Origin: a virus
Taxonomy: Duplodnaviria > Caudoviricetes
Strand: one strand, 5' to 3'
IMG/VR virus record: IMGVR_UViG_3300011008_000016
Coordinates: 96,001 to 160,000 of that record
Length of the DNA stretch: 64,000 nt
Positions within the stretch are counted from its first letter, which is position 1; every line of letters starts with the position of its first letter. The notes under the pieces were generated by a model. The model was not told the DNA's origin and did not search any database. It saw only the letters and a program-made list of their open reading frames with translations. The position numbers were made by a program, and so were the translations under genes. This document shows positions 39,103 to 49,011 of the stretch, piece by piece.

Positions 39103-40275
39103 TTACGCCAGATGAGACATAATCTCCCTGTCATCCATGGCAACCAGAAGACCCTTACGAACATTCTCGAATTTAGACGCATCTTCTGCGTTGAAGATTG
39201 TCGGTTCTCCATCATGTTCTTTCTTCCAGTTTCCGACAAACTTGAAGACATACGCAATCTTATCAATATCCTGCGTATCCAGCTTAGAGTAGAGCATCTT
39301 AACAAAATCCTGATAAACCCTCTTTAGAACTTCACCGTCTAAATCCTTTTCCTCTTTCGGATGGGATACCAGATACTTCCCGATAACCTTCACGCCGGTA
39401 TTATTCTTACCGAAGAACTCATCATACAACATGCCCTGAACTTCCCAGTTCAAGACATCCATATTATCTTCAGCATGAACCAGCATCTTATCGAGGAACC
39501 TCGGATAAAACGCATCGATGTTCGCTGCATTCCATTCGCTACCAACCATCGGGATTGCGATCGCCAAGTCCAATACAAGGTCACGAGTTACCCCTGTCTT
39601 GGAGCTAATATCTGTAATTTCGGCGTTCCACATCCTCGGAAGAATCTCAGTCGCATACAGCCTTACGACATCCCCATGCATCCGGTTATAATTCGTTTCG
39701 AGAGCCGTTGACAGTAAGAATCCAATGGAACGCCAAATCTTTCCATACGTTCCTTCATCATCCACCCAGAAGTTTCCTTCCAAAACCTTCTTCAACGTCT
39801 TAGAGAAATAAGACGTTGTTGAAAGCTTTACAAGCTTATTTGCCGCATCATTGAACTGCGGCGAATTTTTCTGGCTATAATAAGCCCGGATATGCCGAAC
39901 AGCATCAGGGAACCGATCAATCATGATGTCCTGAAGGGCCCTGAAGTTATCCGTATTGTCACTAAACTCATCAACGAAATCAAAGATAGCCTTTGCCCGA
40001 GGGTCATTCTTGACTTCCTTCTGGGGCTGCGGATTCCTGTCGATACCATCATCGTTTTCCATCTCAGCACGCATCTCATCGGTCAGATATGAACTTCCGA
40101 TATAGTTATATGCTGAGGTGCTATAATTCCTCTGCTGATTGTCATTCTTGTTGCTCCAACGATTCTGACTCCCGTCGTTATCGTTTCGGTTATTATTCCT
40201 ACGCTCACGACGGTTTCCACCGTTGTTGTTTACCCGTTCTCCTGCGAGAACTACTTTACCATCCAATAAACTCAT
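39103..40275 (-). CDS. Hypothetical helical protein with N/R-rich disordered N-terminal tail
   Basis: NNNGGNRRERRNNNRNDND...; early motif at 40362-40369. Confidence 0.75.
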   Translation of the reverse strand: MSLLDGKVVLAGERVNNNGGNRRERRNNNRNDNDGSQNRWSNKNDNQQRNYSTSAYNYIGSSYLTDEMRAEMENDDGIDRNPQPQKEVKNDPRAKAIFDFVDEFSDNTDNFRALQDIMIDRFPDAVRHIRAYYSQKNSPQFNDAANKLVKLSTTSYFSKTLKKVLEGNFWVDDEGTYGKIWRSIGFLLSTALETNYNRMHGDVVRLYATEILPRMWNAEITDISSKTGVTRDLVLDLAIAIPMVGSEWNAANIDAFYPRFLDKMLVHAEDNMDVLNWEVQGMLYDEFFGKNNTGVKVIGKYLVSHPKEEKDLDGEVLKRVYQDFVKMLYSKLDTQDIDKIAYVFKFVGNWKKEHDGEPTIFNAEDASKFENVRKGLLVAMDDREIMSHLA

Positions 40276-40387
40276 CTTGTACCTCCTAACTGTAAGATAA
40301 CATTGTGTGATTTATAAGTAAGACAAGGTGACATGAAAATCACCTTGTCTTCTTACCATTGTAATATATTCTTCAACCCAGGGTTAC

Positions 40388-41671
40388 TTATACAGATGCA
40401 GCACCCTTCTTTTCCATGAACTTCTTCAAAAGCTCCTCTTTCGTAGAACCACCATTGTCGGAAGCCTTTACCAGACTGGACTCATCCGCAAATGACTGTT
40501 TCGCCTTAACATCACGAAGCCTGGATGCGGTATCCAATTTACTCAGCTTTGACTTTGCCGCTTTCCGACCAAGAATCGCCTCTTCCATTTTCTGGCTCTG
40601 TGCAATGATTCTATCAATAACCATTGCGGGTTCAGTTAATCCAGAAAGAATCAATGCAACGATTCCGTTATCATCATCGGAAGGGTTCGACATATCTTTG
40701 ATATGAGAACCAAAGATTTCCTGAACGTCACTCTTTACGTTAATCTTAACATCATTGAACTCATCGCCGAGACTGTACATCAATGCAGAGGCTGTAATCT
40801 CTTTATCAGAAACCAGTTCCGCGTGACCAGAGTTCTCGTCGATGTCTTCTTTCACGGTCTTGATGAGAGAGTTATCAATGATATCCGCAATCTCCAAGTC
40901 TTCCATAGTGTGAACGAAAATCCTGCCGGGTACAGACAGCACGGTCAACATATCCCGCTGGTCCATTCCGCCGGTTCTGGTAGGATAGATGAAATCACCC
41001 TGAATCGCCCTGAGGTCTTCGACAAATGCCTGATTAATCATAGCGGCTGCACGGTTCGGAGTAACCTTTCCTGAAGGAGTCGTTTTTCCAACATAACGAT
41101 TATTATCATAAATCATATATGTCGGATTCAACTCACCAATTTCCTTGAGCCATGCTTTTGTCCCTTCAAACGCTGCCGCGCCCTCATCGTTGAACGGAAG
41201 TACTCCTGCAACGATAGTAACCTTGCTGGGATACATTGTCTGAAGCAATTCAAGCAGTTCCGTAGAAGATCCAGAGCCATAACCACCACCGGTGGATGTT
41301 GTAAGAACAATCACATCGTTACCCTCGATGATGTTCTGGAAATTCTTGTTCAGGGTGAGTCCAGTGTTACTAAGGAAGAATTCCTTTGCCTTAGCCCTGT
41401 CCTTACCTGTACCCTTTCCGTCACCAACTGGGAATTTCACAACCTTCGGGCACGTAATCTGATCCAGATCCCTCTGGCTACCATTGATTGCAATCGCATC
41501 AATTCCCAATGCCTCAGCCGCAGCAGAAGCCATCATACATCCACAGTTGCCGGTACCAATGACGGCAATCGAAAGAAGTTTCTCCTCATCTGCAATCGTA
41601 GGAATCGCTGTAGAAACGCCGTCCACAGATTCCTCATCACCTGTTGTAATGTTCGTTGTTACTTCACTCAT
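40388..41671 (-). CDS. Tubulin/FtsZ-family GTPase (PhuZ/TubZ-like)
   Basis: IGTGNCG (T1), GKGTGKDR (T3), GGGYGSG (T4), DNN (T6), MDQRD (T7). Confidence 0.9.
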   Translation of the reverse strand: MSEVTTNITTGDEESVDGVSTAIPTIADEEKLLSIAVIGTGNCGCMMASAAAEALGIDAIAINGSQRDLDQITCPKVVKFPVGDGKGTGKDRAKAKEFFLSNTGLTLNKNFQNIIEGNDVIVLTTSTGGGYGSGSSTELLELLQTMYPSKVTIVAGVLPFNDEGAAAFEGTKAWLKEIGELNPTYMIYDNNRYVGKTTPSGKVTPNRAAAMINQAFVEDLRAIQGDFIYPTRTGGMDQRDMLTVLSVPGRIFVHTMEDLEIADIIDNSLIKTVKEDIDENSGHAELVSDKEITASALMYSLGDEFNDVKINVKSDVQEIFGSHIKDMSNPSDDDNGIVALILSGLTEPAMVIDRIIAQSQKMEEAILGRKAAKSKLSKLDTASRLRDVKAKQSFADESSLVKASDNGGSTKEELLKKFMEKKGAASV

Positions 41672-41678
41672 GTTCTTT

Positions 41679-41985
41679 ACCTCCTTTTGGTAATCTGTTG
41701 TATGTTTTTCTGACAGTATTGTCAGAAATACTCATAACTGGATTTGCACCAGTTCACATAAGTGTTTACCTTATTGTGAATAATCTACCACTATTATGAG
41801 TTAATACCGTATATTCTACAAACAGAATTGCTGGGAGCATAGAAATCACTCCCAGCAAGCCATTTGTTATACGGGTAATGAAGCCCGTGTATGATGACCC
41901 AACTGTAGCCCGTATATTTATAATAAACATACATACAGAAAGGAGTTTCACACAATGTTTGTCATCACGGTTTCTTCATCAAGAG
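41679..41985. ncRNA. Multibranched structured element in the tubulin leader
   Basis: At least 5 local hairpins enclosed by long-range pairing of 41681-41706 with 41925-41945, which includes the tubulin SD. Confidence 0.5.
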
Positions 41986-41987
41986 AA

Positions 41988-41995
41988 TAATATAG
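41988..41995 (-). promoter_or_regulatory. Early-type promoter CTATATTA for tubulin
   Basis: Motif lies just after terminator 42009-42047. Confidence 0.6.
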
Positions 41996-42066
41996 TAACA
42001 AAAAAGATTATGAGAGTGGGGACATCCGTGTCTCACACCACTCTCAATGTTATGGACAAGGTAGGA

Positions 42067-42252
42067 TTACTCTTCTGAACGATCATACCCTACCATTGTC
42101 GGCCCCTGGTTTGCTTCCGGGATAGATTCAATACCGGCAACTTCCATCGTTGCAGCCAGTCCCGGGAGAACTCCGCTGTTTGCCAGATTCTGCAACACTT
42201 CCTGATTCTTGTTATTATTTCCGTACTGATTGATACTTAACGTGGCACTCAT
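42067..42252 (-). CDS. Small hypothetical protein
   Basis: 61 aa, SD AAGGAGG. Confidence 0.6.
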   Translation of the reverse strand: MSATLSINQYGNNNKNQEVLQNLANSGVLPGLAATMEVAGIESIPEANQGPTMVGYDRSEE

Positions 42253-42267
42253 TTCATACTACCTCCT

Positions 42268-42846
42268 TTAATTTTCAGATTTATCTGACTGTTCATCTTC
42301 TGACATTTTCTTATTAAACTCATCAATCAGAAGTTTACTCGCTTCTTTCATAAGTTCGCTTGCTTCTGTTGAACTTGACATAGCAAACGGAATTTCTCCA
42401 GCCTTTGGACCACGAGGAATAACAACTGCCCCATCCTGCTTTGACTGAACATTCTTTTCTTTATTCATAATCTGAAGTTTTGCCGTTTTATCATATATAA
42501 TGAAACCGTCTATTTTCACCTGGCTGATACCCTGTATCATAGATACGGCAATATTATCAATAACCCCCATATAATTTGAAGCTAATTTCACCAAACTAAT
42601 CAGACGAATGGTTCCAACATAATCCCCGTTAAAGCTTTTAGATATCTTTGTAATCTTACCAATGGTATTTTCCATAGTAGCTACAAATGGAACTCCCGGT
42701 CTGTGTAGATACTGATATACGACGGGAATATCAACTTTGTCGTGTTTTATAGCTTCATTTAAAGCTCGTACAATATGGGGATTCATATGTTTTATCTGAG
42801 TGGCTGTTCGAATTATCACAGGTGCATCTGCTGTCTTCTTTTTCAT
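42268..42846 (-). CDS. Hypothetical protein
   Basis: 192 aa, coupled to the RNAP subunit gene. Confidence 0.7.
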   Translation of the reverse strand: MKKKTADAPVIIRTATQIKHMNPHIVRALNEAIKHDKVDIPVVYQYLHRPGVPFVATMENTIGKITKISKSFNGDYVGTIRLISLVKLASNYMGVIDNIAVSMIQGISQVKIDGFIIYDKTAKLQIMNKEKNVQSKQDGAVVIPRGPKAGEIPFAMSSSTEASELMKEASKLLIDEFNKKMSEDEQSDKSEN

Positions 42847-43595
42847 CGATTCCCTTTACCTCCTTTTTTAATTGTTGATATGAGAAGATTGCTTGGTGTA
42901 ATTAAGTCTGTACTTAATCCGGCTGTCATATAATATGTATCAACTGTCTCCAAAGCTAAACGGTCTTCAATACCAGCCTGTTCTTCTATATCTTCTAATG
43001 AGCAGGACCCCGTTTTTGCAATTTGAGCATATGCATAATTCTTTCTTTGTAACCCATCTGCACGGAATCCATTAATTTCTCTAAGAATATTATCTGCACC
43101 AATAACCTTCAATGCGATATTCTCTTGATCAGATGAACGTCCATTCTTATCATGTCCAACGACCTGACCAGTTGTCGCTGATCGTTCATCAATATGGGTT
43201 GATGTACTATTTTTCTTGGAATTCGTCTGCTCCATACGCTTCTCAATATGATAACCCGTGATACATTTTTCCTTAGTGACCATAGGCTCTTCTTGAGACA
43301 TCGTAACATGAGGCAGAATCACATATTCTTCCAGAGGAATTTGAAGTACATCAGCCGCAGCTTCGATTTGTTCGATTGTAACCTCTCTCTCGAACTCCTT
43401 GATTTCTAACGTAAAGTTAATATTATTGTCATCAAACATACATTTCATGAAGTTTGAAAATTTTGTATCAGACATAGAACCGAACATCTTGCGATACCTA
43501 TTGGAATTTGTTTTGGAAGGGTCCATTTTATCCATCACAGCATATACAAGATTCTCTGCTTGTTTCCGGTTCTTTATGTTAATCTTATATTGCAT
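42843..43595 (-). CDS. Virion-type RNA polymerase beta subunit, C-terminal fragment
   Basis: ITGYHIEKRMEQ...ERSATTGQVVGHDKNGRSSDQE parallels the beta C-terminal G..Y..KL.H...R......QP......GQR.GEME region; second, distinct betaC in this window. Confidence 0.75.
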   Translation of the reverse strand: MQYKINIKNRKQAENLVYAVMDKMDPSKTNSNRYRKMFGSMSDTKFSNFMKCMFDDNNINFTLEIKEFEREVTIEQIEAAADVLQIPLEEYVILPHVTMSQEEPMVTKEKCITGYHIEKRMEQTNSKKNSTSTHIDERSATTGQVVGHDKNGRSSDQENIALKVIGADNILREINGFRADGLQRKNYAYAQIAKTGSCSLEDIEEQAGIEDRLALETVDTYYMTAGLSTDLITPSNLLISTIKKGGKGNR

Positions 43596-43632
43596 AAGCT
43601 ATCTCTCCTTTCACCAAGGGTTGGTATTTTCA

Positions 43633-43908
43633 TTATACCCTTGTGCCTTGGTGATAAAATAGATAGCATCTCTCGATTTCTTTTTTATCCTTTGCACCGA
43701 TAGTAAAGTTCTTCGATACCATCATCCCATGTTTATCTTCCATAACAGTAACTAAACCTGTTCTGTCATCAATATCTTCATAATCAATTTCTACGGTATC
43801 ATTATTTCTATAATACCAATCAACCATATCACAAAAAATAATGCTTCGACTCAAATCAAGTCGAAGCGGGGCAACTTTTCTGGTTGCCCCAACTTCAACT
43901 CCTGTCAT
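43633..43908 (-). CDS. Hypothetical protein
   Basis: 91 aa ORF. Confidence 0.6.
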   Translation of the reverse strand: MTGVEVGATRKVAPLRLDLSRSIIFCDMVDWYYRNNDTVEIDYEDIDDRTGLVTVMEDKHGMMVSKNFTIGAKDKKEIERCYLFYHQGTRV

Positions 43909-43926
43909 AACATCTTACCCCCGCAC

Positions 43927-44352
43927 TTACTTAACGTAATACTCAAAAAGCATAGAAAGATTTGGTTCCATGATAGAAGTCTTGTTTGTCTCACTCTCAT
44001 TCAGAACCAAAACATTGTACGGACTTCTCTTCATTAAAGCCCCGTCAATAATGACACCCCACTTCAATTTCCCAGCATAGTTCTTGAGCTGATTTATCAC
44101 CTTATTATCCAAATCCTTTAAATCCGATTTGAATATAAAGAATGATCTCATCTTCCACTGGAAATGAATATCTGCTGGGGTATCGCACTTGAGTTGTTCC
44201 TTTGCAAACCGAGTCATGTGCTTGACCAATTTCTCATGGTCTCCCTCCGTAGTGTCAGAAAACCCGATAATAAGACCTAACTTATCGCTCGTAACGACAA
44301 GTCCTGTCTGATTTGCAGCAGTTTTCTTATGTCTTTCGATTGTCAGTTCCAT
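43927..44352 (-). CDS. Hypothetical early protein
   Basis: 141 aa, early motif at 44391-44398. Confidence 0.7.
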   Translation of the reverse strand: MELTIERHKKTAANQTGLVVTSDKLGLIIGFSDTTEGDHEKLVKHMTRFAKEQLKCDTPADIHFQWKMRSFFIFKSDLKDLDNKVINQLKNYAGKLKWGVIIDGALMKRSPYNVLVLNESETNKTSIMEPNLSMLFEYYVK

Positions 44353-44468
44353 TGCAAAAGTCTCCTTTCTCTGTATAGTATGTACAGAAATAATATAGGT
44401 TTAAATTAAACCTTAAAAACATAAATCGACATAGATGATATAAAACCACCTATGTCGATAGTGTTCCA

Positions 44469-45812
44469 TTAAGCCAGTTTCTCTATTGTAAAAATAAAGA
44501 ACACAAAGATTGCCTTTCGGTAGTTTCCTAACGATCCGACTGTACTGACTTTCTTCCTCAAATCTAAATCCACTACCCACTTGTCAAGAAGTTTCTTTAT
44601 CTCGATAATGTTCTTATTATTTGTATTTGACTGCCGATACAACTTAATGCAGTAAACATAGAATTTATCTGTGGAAACTGTTTTCACCGAAGCATCAGGG
44701 TCTGGATTATCGGTTAAGTATAAAGACAATAGCCTTTCTACCATCTGTTTAATTTCTTCCCTGTTATCTTCTGATATTAGTGTTAATACCGCTGTTTGTA
44801 ATGTATTTGTCGAAACATCACTATTTCTTGCAGCAATTTCCATTAGTCGTCTGTCAGGACCGTTTACTACAAGGTTTGTCAATACCTTATTTGTAATTCT
44901 GTCGATTGCAAAGCTATCATTATCCGCCTCATAATAATGCTCATCAGAATAATCATCTCTTTCAGATTGAAGATAATTATCATTCTTGATGTTCTCCTCA
45001 AACTCATTACGAAGCTTTTTCATAAAACTATTGATACGAGAAGTTGCATCATTAATAAACTTCAATATATCAACATCAGATCCTTTTGCAATCCTTGTTT
45101 TATGCGTATTATAACAAGTTTGCATAATATCCATAATAGCTGCAAGAATTGTACCGGATTTCTTGAGCTTAAATCTTTGAGACAGATTCGCTACAGTATA
45201 TGCCATAACAGATTCGTTTGGTGGATACTTATAGTATTTACCAAACATGAACTGATAAATGTTTGTTACCATATAAAGAAGACCGTTATTTAAGCCTTCA
45301 TCATTCTTTATTTTTGCAAAATATCGAATTGATAAAACAATAGCTATATTGTATGGCGTATTAAAGTTTGACCAACTCGATGCCGTAATTGAGCCATCCC
45401 TATTTGTTTTCCACCCAGGATTGTTTCCCTCTATACTTGATAATGTATCTCTAATCAATGGCTCCGTTAGACCAACACATTGAACAAAATTTGTCACATC
45501 TGTTTGTGCTCGAACAGGTTTTGTAGACGGACCAATTGTAGAATAACTTGCTATGTTCTTTGCCATATATTGGTCTATGATATCCTTATATGTCTTTAGA
45601 TTTCCTTTATCTGATAAAGCTTTTTCTACTAAAGGATACAACTTTGTCCTAAGAACGGCAGAATCTCCTTTAATAGTAGCTTCCATTACATCTTCTAATG
45701 TTTCTACATTTATATCTGATGTCTCTACTAATGTATTCATTTGCTCACAAATAGTAGATATTGGTGACGATTTATAATCGTTAAGTATACTTTCAAGAGT
45801 TATCTCATCCAT
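44469..45812 (-). CDS. Putative virion (head) protein with processed N-terminus
   Basis: N-terminal TLES, ICEQ, LVET, VMEA motifs; CACA-N6-TA at 45836-45847; start at the ATG after AAGGAGG. Confidence 0.65.
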   Translation of the reverse strand: MDEITLESILNDYKSSPISTICEQMNTLVETSDINVETLEDVMEATIKGDSAVLRTKLYPLVEKALSDKGNLKTYKDIIDQYMAKNIASYSTIGPSTKPVRAQTDVTNFVQCVGLTEPLIRDTLSSIEGNNPGWKTNRDGSITASSWSNFNTPYNIAIVLSIRYFAKIKNDEGLNNGLLYMVTNIYQFMFGKYYKYPPNESVMAYTVANLSQRFKLKKSGTILAAIMDIMQTCYNTHKTRIAKGSDVDILKFINDATSRINSFMKKLRNEFEENIKNDNYLQSERDDYSDEHYYEADNDSFAIDRITNKVLTNLVVNGPDRRLMEIAARNSDVSTNTLQTAVLTLISEDNREEIKQMVERLLSLYLTDNPDPDASVKTVSTDKFYVYCIKLYRQSNTNNKNIIEIKKLLDKWVVDLDLRKKVSTVGSLGNYRKAIFVFFIFTIEKLA

Positions 45813-45977
45813 TTGTTTTACCTCCTTTCCTTGATTATAGCCTTGTGCAAACAAGAGACGGAAGGTACCAAAAATATGGAACCTTCCTTAATTACACCCT
45901 AAAAAGACTAACTAACAAAATTTCAATAATCATACGTCATCATCAACGATTGGCTTATCATTATTGAAGTTCTCCAA

Positions 45978-46217
45978 TTAATCTCTATTTCCTAAATCAT
46001 TATCTATGACGACTTTAATGCCGTCAGGATACAATTTCTGAATGTCATTCGCTAAGATGTTTGAATGCTTTGTGAGCAATTTTGCCCAACTACCATAAGC
46101 CTGATTTACCACGGAGGCACGTAGATGTGCCTCCGACCTCTTCCCTCGCGCATTGTTGATTCTAATCTGTTGTTCAACATTGCGACGTGTTGAATCTTTC
46201 ATTTTATCATTTACCAT
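45978..46217 (-). CDS. Hypothetical protein
   Basis: 79 aa ORF after gyrA. Confidence 0.5.
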   Translation of the reverse strand: MVNDKMKDSTRRNVEQQIRINNARGKRSEAHLRASVVNQAYGSWAKLLTKHSNILANDIQKLYPDGIKVVIDNDLGNRD

Positions 46218-48666
46218 CCTTCACGCGAATTCTAATGATAGAATCACCACGTCGGACTGGTGCAACTTTAGCACATTTAGCATGTCTTGAAAGCACCTTA
46301 ATACTTGACACTTCCACATCCGTCTTATCACCAGACTGCATTTGGAAAGTCAATGTAGATTGGTAAAGTTTATCTGTCATAGGAATGACTTTGAAAACTT
46401 CATCGCCATCATTTAAACGAGTCAGTTCTAACATAGCTTGCCGTTTCTTAGTTGCATTGAATGCAGAATCGAGTTCTACAATCTTTGCAAATCCCTTCTT
46501 CGTAATAATACATACTTCATGTATACCACGATTCACACAAGCGTTCTGAACCTCATCTCCGTCCGCAAGTGCCATTACACGCTGTCCTTTGGTGTTTCTA
46601 CCTGTGGATGGAGTCATTGATAATCTTAAAATGATACCGAATCCGGCTTTTGTATAGATAAGCCGTTCGTTATCACTGTCACTAAGAACTCCCATAAAGC
46701 AAACTTCATCCCCCTCATTTAAGGAGATTGCTCCGATACGAGTACGTGTTATCACGAAATCAGATAACGGAGTTGCTTTGATTAGTCCTCTCTTAGTAAA
46801 GCAATAAAGCCGATATTTTTGCGGATTATCTTTGATACTCTGAATTGAAGTTTTAATCGCTGTAATCGCTGTACCGGTCATACCTAAAAGTTCCTGTAAT
46901 TCCATTCCCTTAGCCGATGGATCAGATGCAGGGATTTTATCAATTGGTACATAACACCACTCTCCGAGGTTACTCCCAATATGAATATAATCTACCGAAG
47001 TAATGTCATGGAAATAAGCAATTACGTCATCATCAGGTTCTAAGAATCCGATACCAACTCCATTCGGAGGAAGACGTTTAATATACTTCTTTGTAACAGC
47101 TACCCGATAGTGGAATACAGGAGTCTCTGTATCTTCCGGTTTAATAATGCGACAGCATCTCGGTTTTCCGAATAATTTCTTGCCTTCTTCCAATTCATCC
47201 CAGATTACTTTCTTAATCCGTTTCGTGGATGAAAGGATATTTTCCTTTTCCTTAATACGATCATCGATTTCCGCATAGGCTTTCTGATATTCAGCAATAC
47301 TGCCTTTCTTCTGAGATTTCATTCTCATATTTGCGATGAGGTTTGCCTGATAGGATGAAAATCCAAACTTAGATGTAAGATTATCAATGATTTCGTCATC
47401 CGTTTCAGATGTCTTAATCACGTTGAAGACTTCATCGATTAACTCTTGGTTACCCAGTCTAACCAAAGCTTCTAACCGATGCTTCTCTTCTCTGATTTTC
47501 AGTAACTCTTTTGCGATTGTCCGGTGTTTGATATCCACCCGCCAATCGATCCAGGTTATTATAGCATCTTTCAGTGGTACTGCTCCACTGTCGGACATCA
47601 TCCGAGTACGGTCTGCATAATTCAATAATATCTGAGCATATGATTTTAACCCGATATTTTTATCGTTATACAACTGATCAATAACATACGTTGGATCGAC
47701 TCCTTTCTTTAGGAGAATCCAAAATTCTGTTGTTTCCAGATTACTCTTATCGGATATGTCCTTGATTCCCAGTGGATTGGTCTTTTCACGCGCTCCTATA
47801 GCACGGATAATCCCATCCATAGTAGTTTTCTCCGGGAACCCATTACATAAAATGTAATTGCCTTCTTGATGATAGACTAATTTCGCTCTTATTCGTACTG
47901 TACCGGAACCAGTCGCACATACATCTCGTATAATTCCATCATCAATAATGTCATAACCCCTTGGACTATCTGGAAACAGATAAACATTCTCCATGTCCGG
48001 ATTTTCCAAAAGTGCCTGAGTAAGTTCAAACGCTTCAATCAAGTTAAACGGAACTTTGACAAACGCATTTCCCCAAGCAATTCCCGTTGTAGGATTCAAT
48101 AAGAAGTTTGGATACCTTGCCGGTAATACAACCGGTTCCACATCACTTCTCAAGTAGTTTTGAGTCATATCAATGACCGATGCATCGAATTCCTCAAAGA
48201 AACATTTCCAAGCATATTGACTTAACCTTGCATCCAGATAACGAGGAGCGGCTGCATCATCGCCTGCAACAGAACCTTCATTTCCATCCATATCTATATA
48301 GAGTGCGGTGTTCTCCCAAGTCTTTGTTACGTTCTCAAAAGCCGTAGCAATACTCTGGTCACCGTGAGGGTGATATTTGGTCGTTGCCGGTAAAAATTCC
48401 AAAGCCTTCTGATACCTTTTATCCGGGTACAATTTCTTATCATGATACATAAACCAAAGAGTACGACGGACTACGTTAATAAGTCCATCATATATCGTTG
48501 GTAACCCTCTCGCTACGGAGACATTTGCTCCATAGCGAGTAATACGTTCAATCGTGTATTCACCAGCATCAATGTCCTCGATGTTCTGGTCATACATCTC
48601 TTGAGTTTCAACAACTTTAGCGGTATTCTTCTTTTTAGAAGATTTCTTTTTGACTGCCAAAGTCAA
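46207..48666 (-). CDS. gyrA: Type IIA topoisomerase subunit A (GyrA/ParC-like)
   Basis: RGLPTIYDGL, YHPHGD, AAPRY (catalytic Tyr), PVVLPARYPN, beta-pinwheel repeats; no canonical GyrA box. Confidence 0.9.
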   Translation of the reverse strand: MTLAVKKKSSKKKNTAKVVETQEMYDQNIEDIDAGEYTIERITRYGANVSVARGLPTIYDGLINVVRRTLWFMYHDKKLYPDKRYQKALEFLPATTKYHPHGDQSIATAFENVTKTWENTALYIDMDGNEGSVAGDDAAAPRYLDARLSQYAWKCFFEEFDASVIDMTQNYLRSDVEPVVLPARYPNFLLNPTTGIAWGNAFVKVPFNLIEAFELTQALLENPDMENVYLFPDSPRGYDIIDDGIIRDVCATGSGTVRIRAKLVYHQEGNYILCNGFPEKTTMDGIIRAIGAREKTNPLGIKDISDKSNLETTEFWILLKKGVDPTYVIDQLYNDKNIGLKSYAQILLNYADRTRMMSDSGAVPLKDAIITWIDWRVDIKHRTIAKELLKIREEKHRLEALVRLGNQELIDEVFNVIKTSETDDEIIDNLTSKFGFSSYQANLIANMRMKSQKKGSIAEYQKAYAEIDDRIKEKENILSSTKRIKKVIWDELEEGKKLFGKPRCCRIIKPEDTETPVFHYRVAVTKKYIKRLPPNGVGIGFLEPDDDVIAYFHDITSVDYIHIGSNLGEWCYVPIDKIPASDPSAKGMELQELLGMTGTAITAIKTSIQSIKDNPQKYRLYCFTKRGLIKATPLSDFVITRTRIGAISLNEGDEVCFMGVLSDSDNERLIYTKAGFGIILRLSMTPSTGRNTKGQRVMALADGDEVQNACVNRGIHEVCIITKKGFAKIVELDSAFNATKKRQAMLELTRLNDGDEVFKVIPMTDKLYQSTLTFQMQSGDKTDVEVSSIKVLSRHAKCAKVAPVRRGDSIIRIRVKDGK

Positions 48667-49001
48667 TCACCTCCTCGCATATTATTCTGTAGTATTACCA
48701 TCAGAGCAATCAAATCATCATCTGTATAACTACCCACTGAATAATCAACTGAATAATCATCAGAATCTTCGTCTTCAAAACTTAATGATATCGTCTTCGA
48801 GTGAACCGTTTCTTCATCATTACGTTCATTGACTATAAATATTCCAATCATATATACTACTGTAATAAAGGCTGTTACAATTACTTTCAAAGCAACATAT
48901 GATGTTGGAATCACAACCTGTGTTATAATAAAACTTATTATAAAAGCTACAGTGATGATTACCGTCAATGTAATTTTATGAATACGTTTCCTCATAGGCA
49001 T
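48663..49001 (-). CDS. Small two-TM membrane protein between gyrB and gyrA
   Basis: Basic N-terminus, two hydrophobic helices, acidic tail; ATG at 49001 after AGAGGG. Confidence 0.65.
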   Translation of the reverse strand: MPMRKRIHKITLTVIITVAFIISFIITQVVIPTSYVALKVIVTAFITVVYMIGIFIVNERNDEETVHSKTISLSFEDEDSDDYSVDYSVGSYTDDDLIALMVILQNNMRGGD

Positions 49002-49011
49002 TATCCCTCTT

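Noticed and set aside
41766-42078. 61-aa and 66-aa ORFs in the tubulin leader
   Set aside because: No SD; the region is better explained by RNA structure
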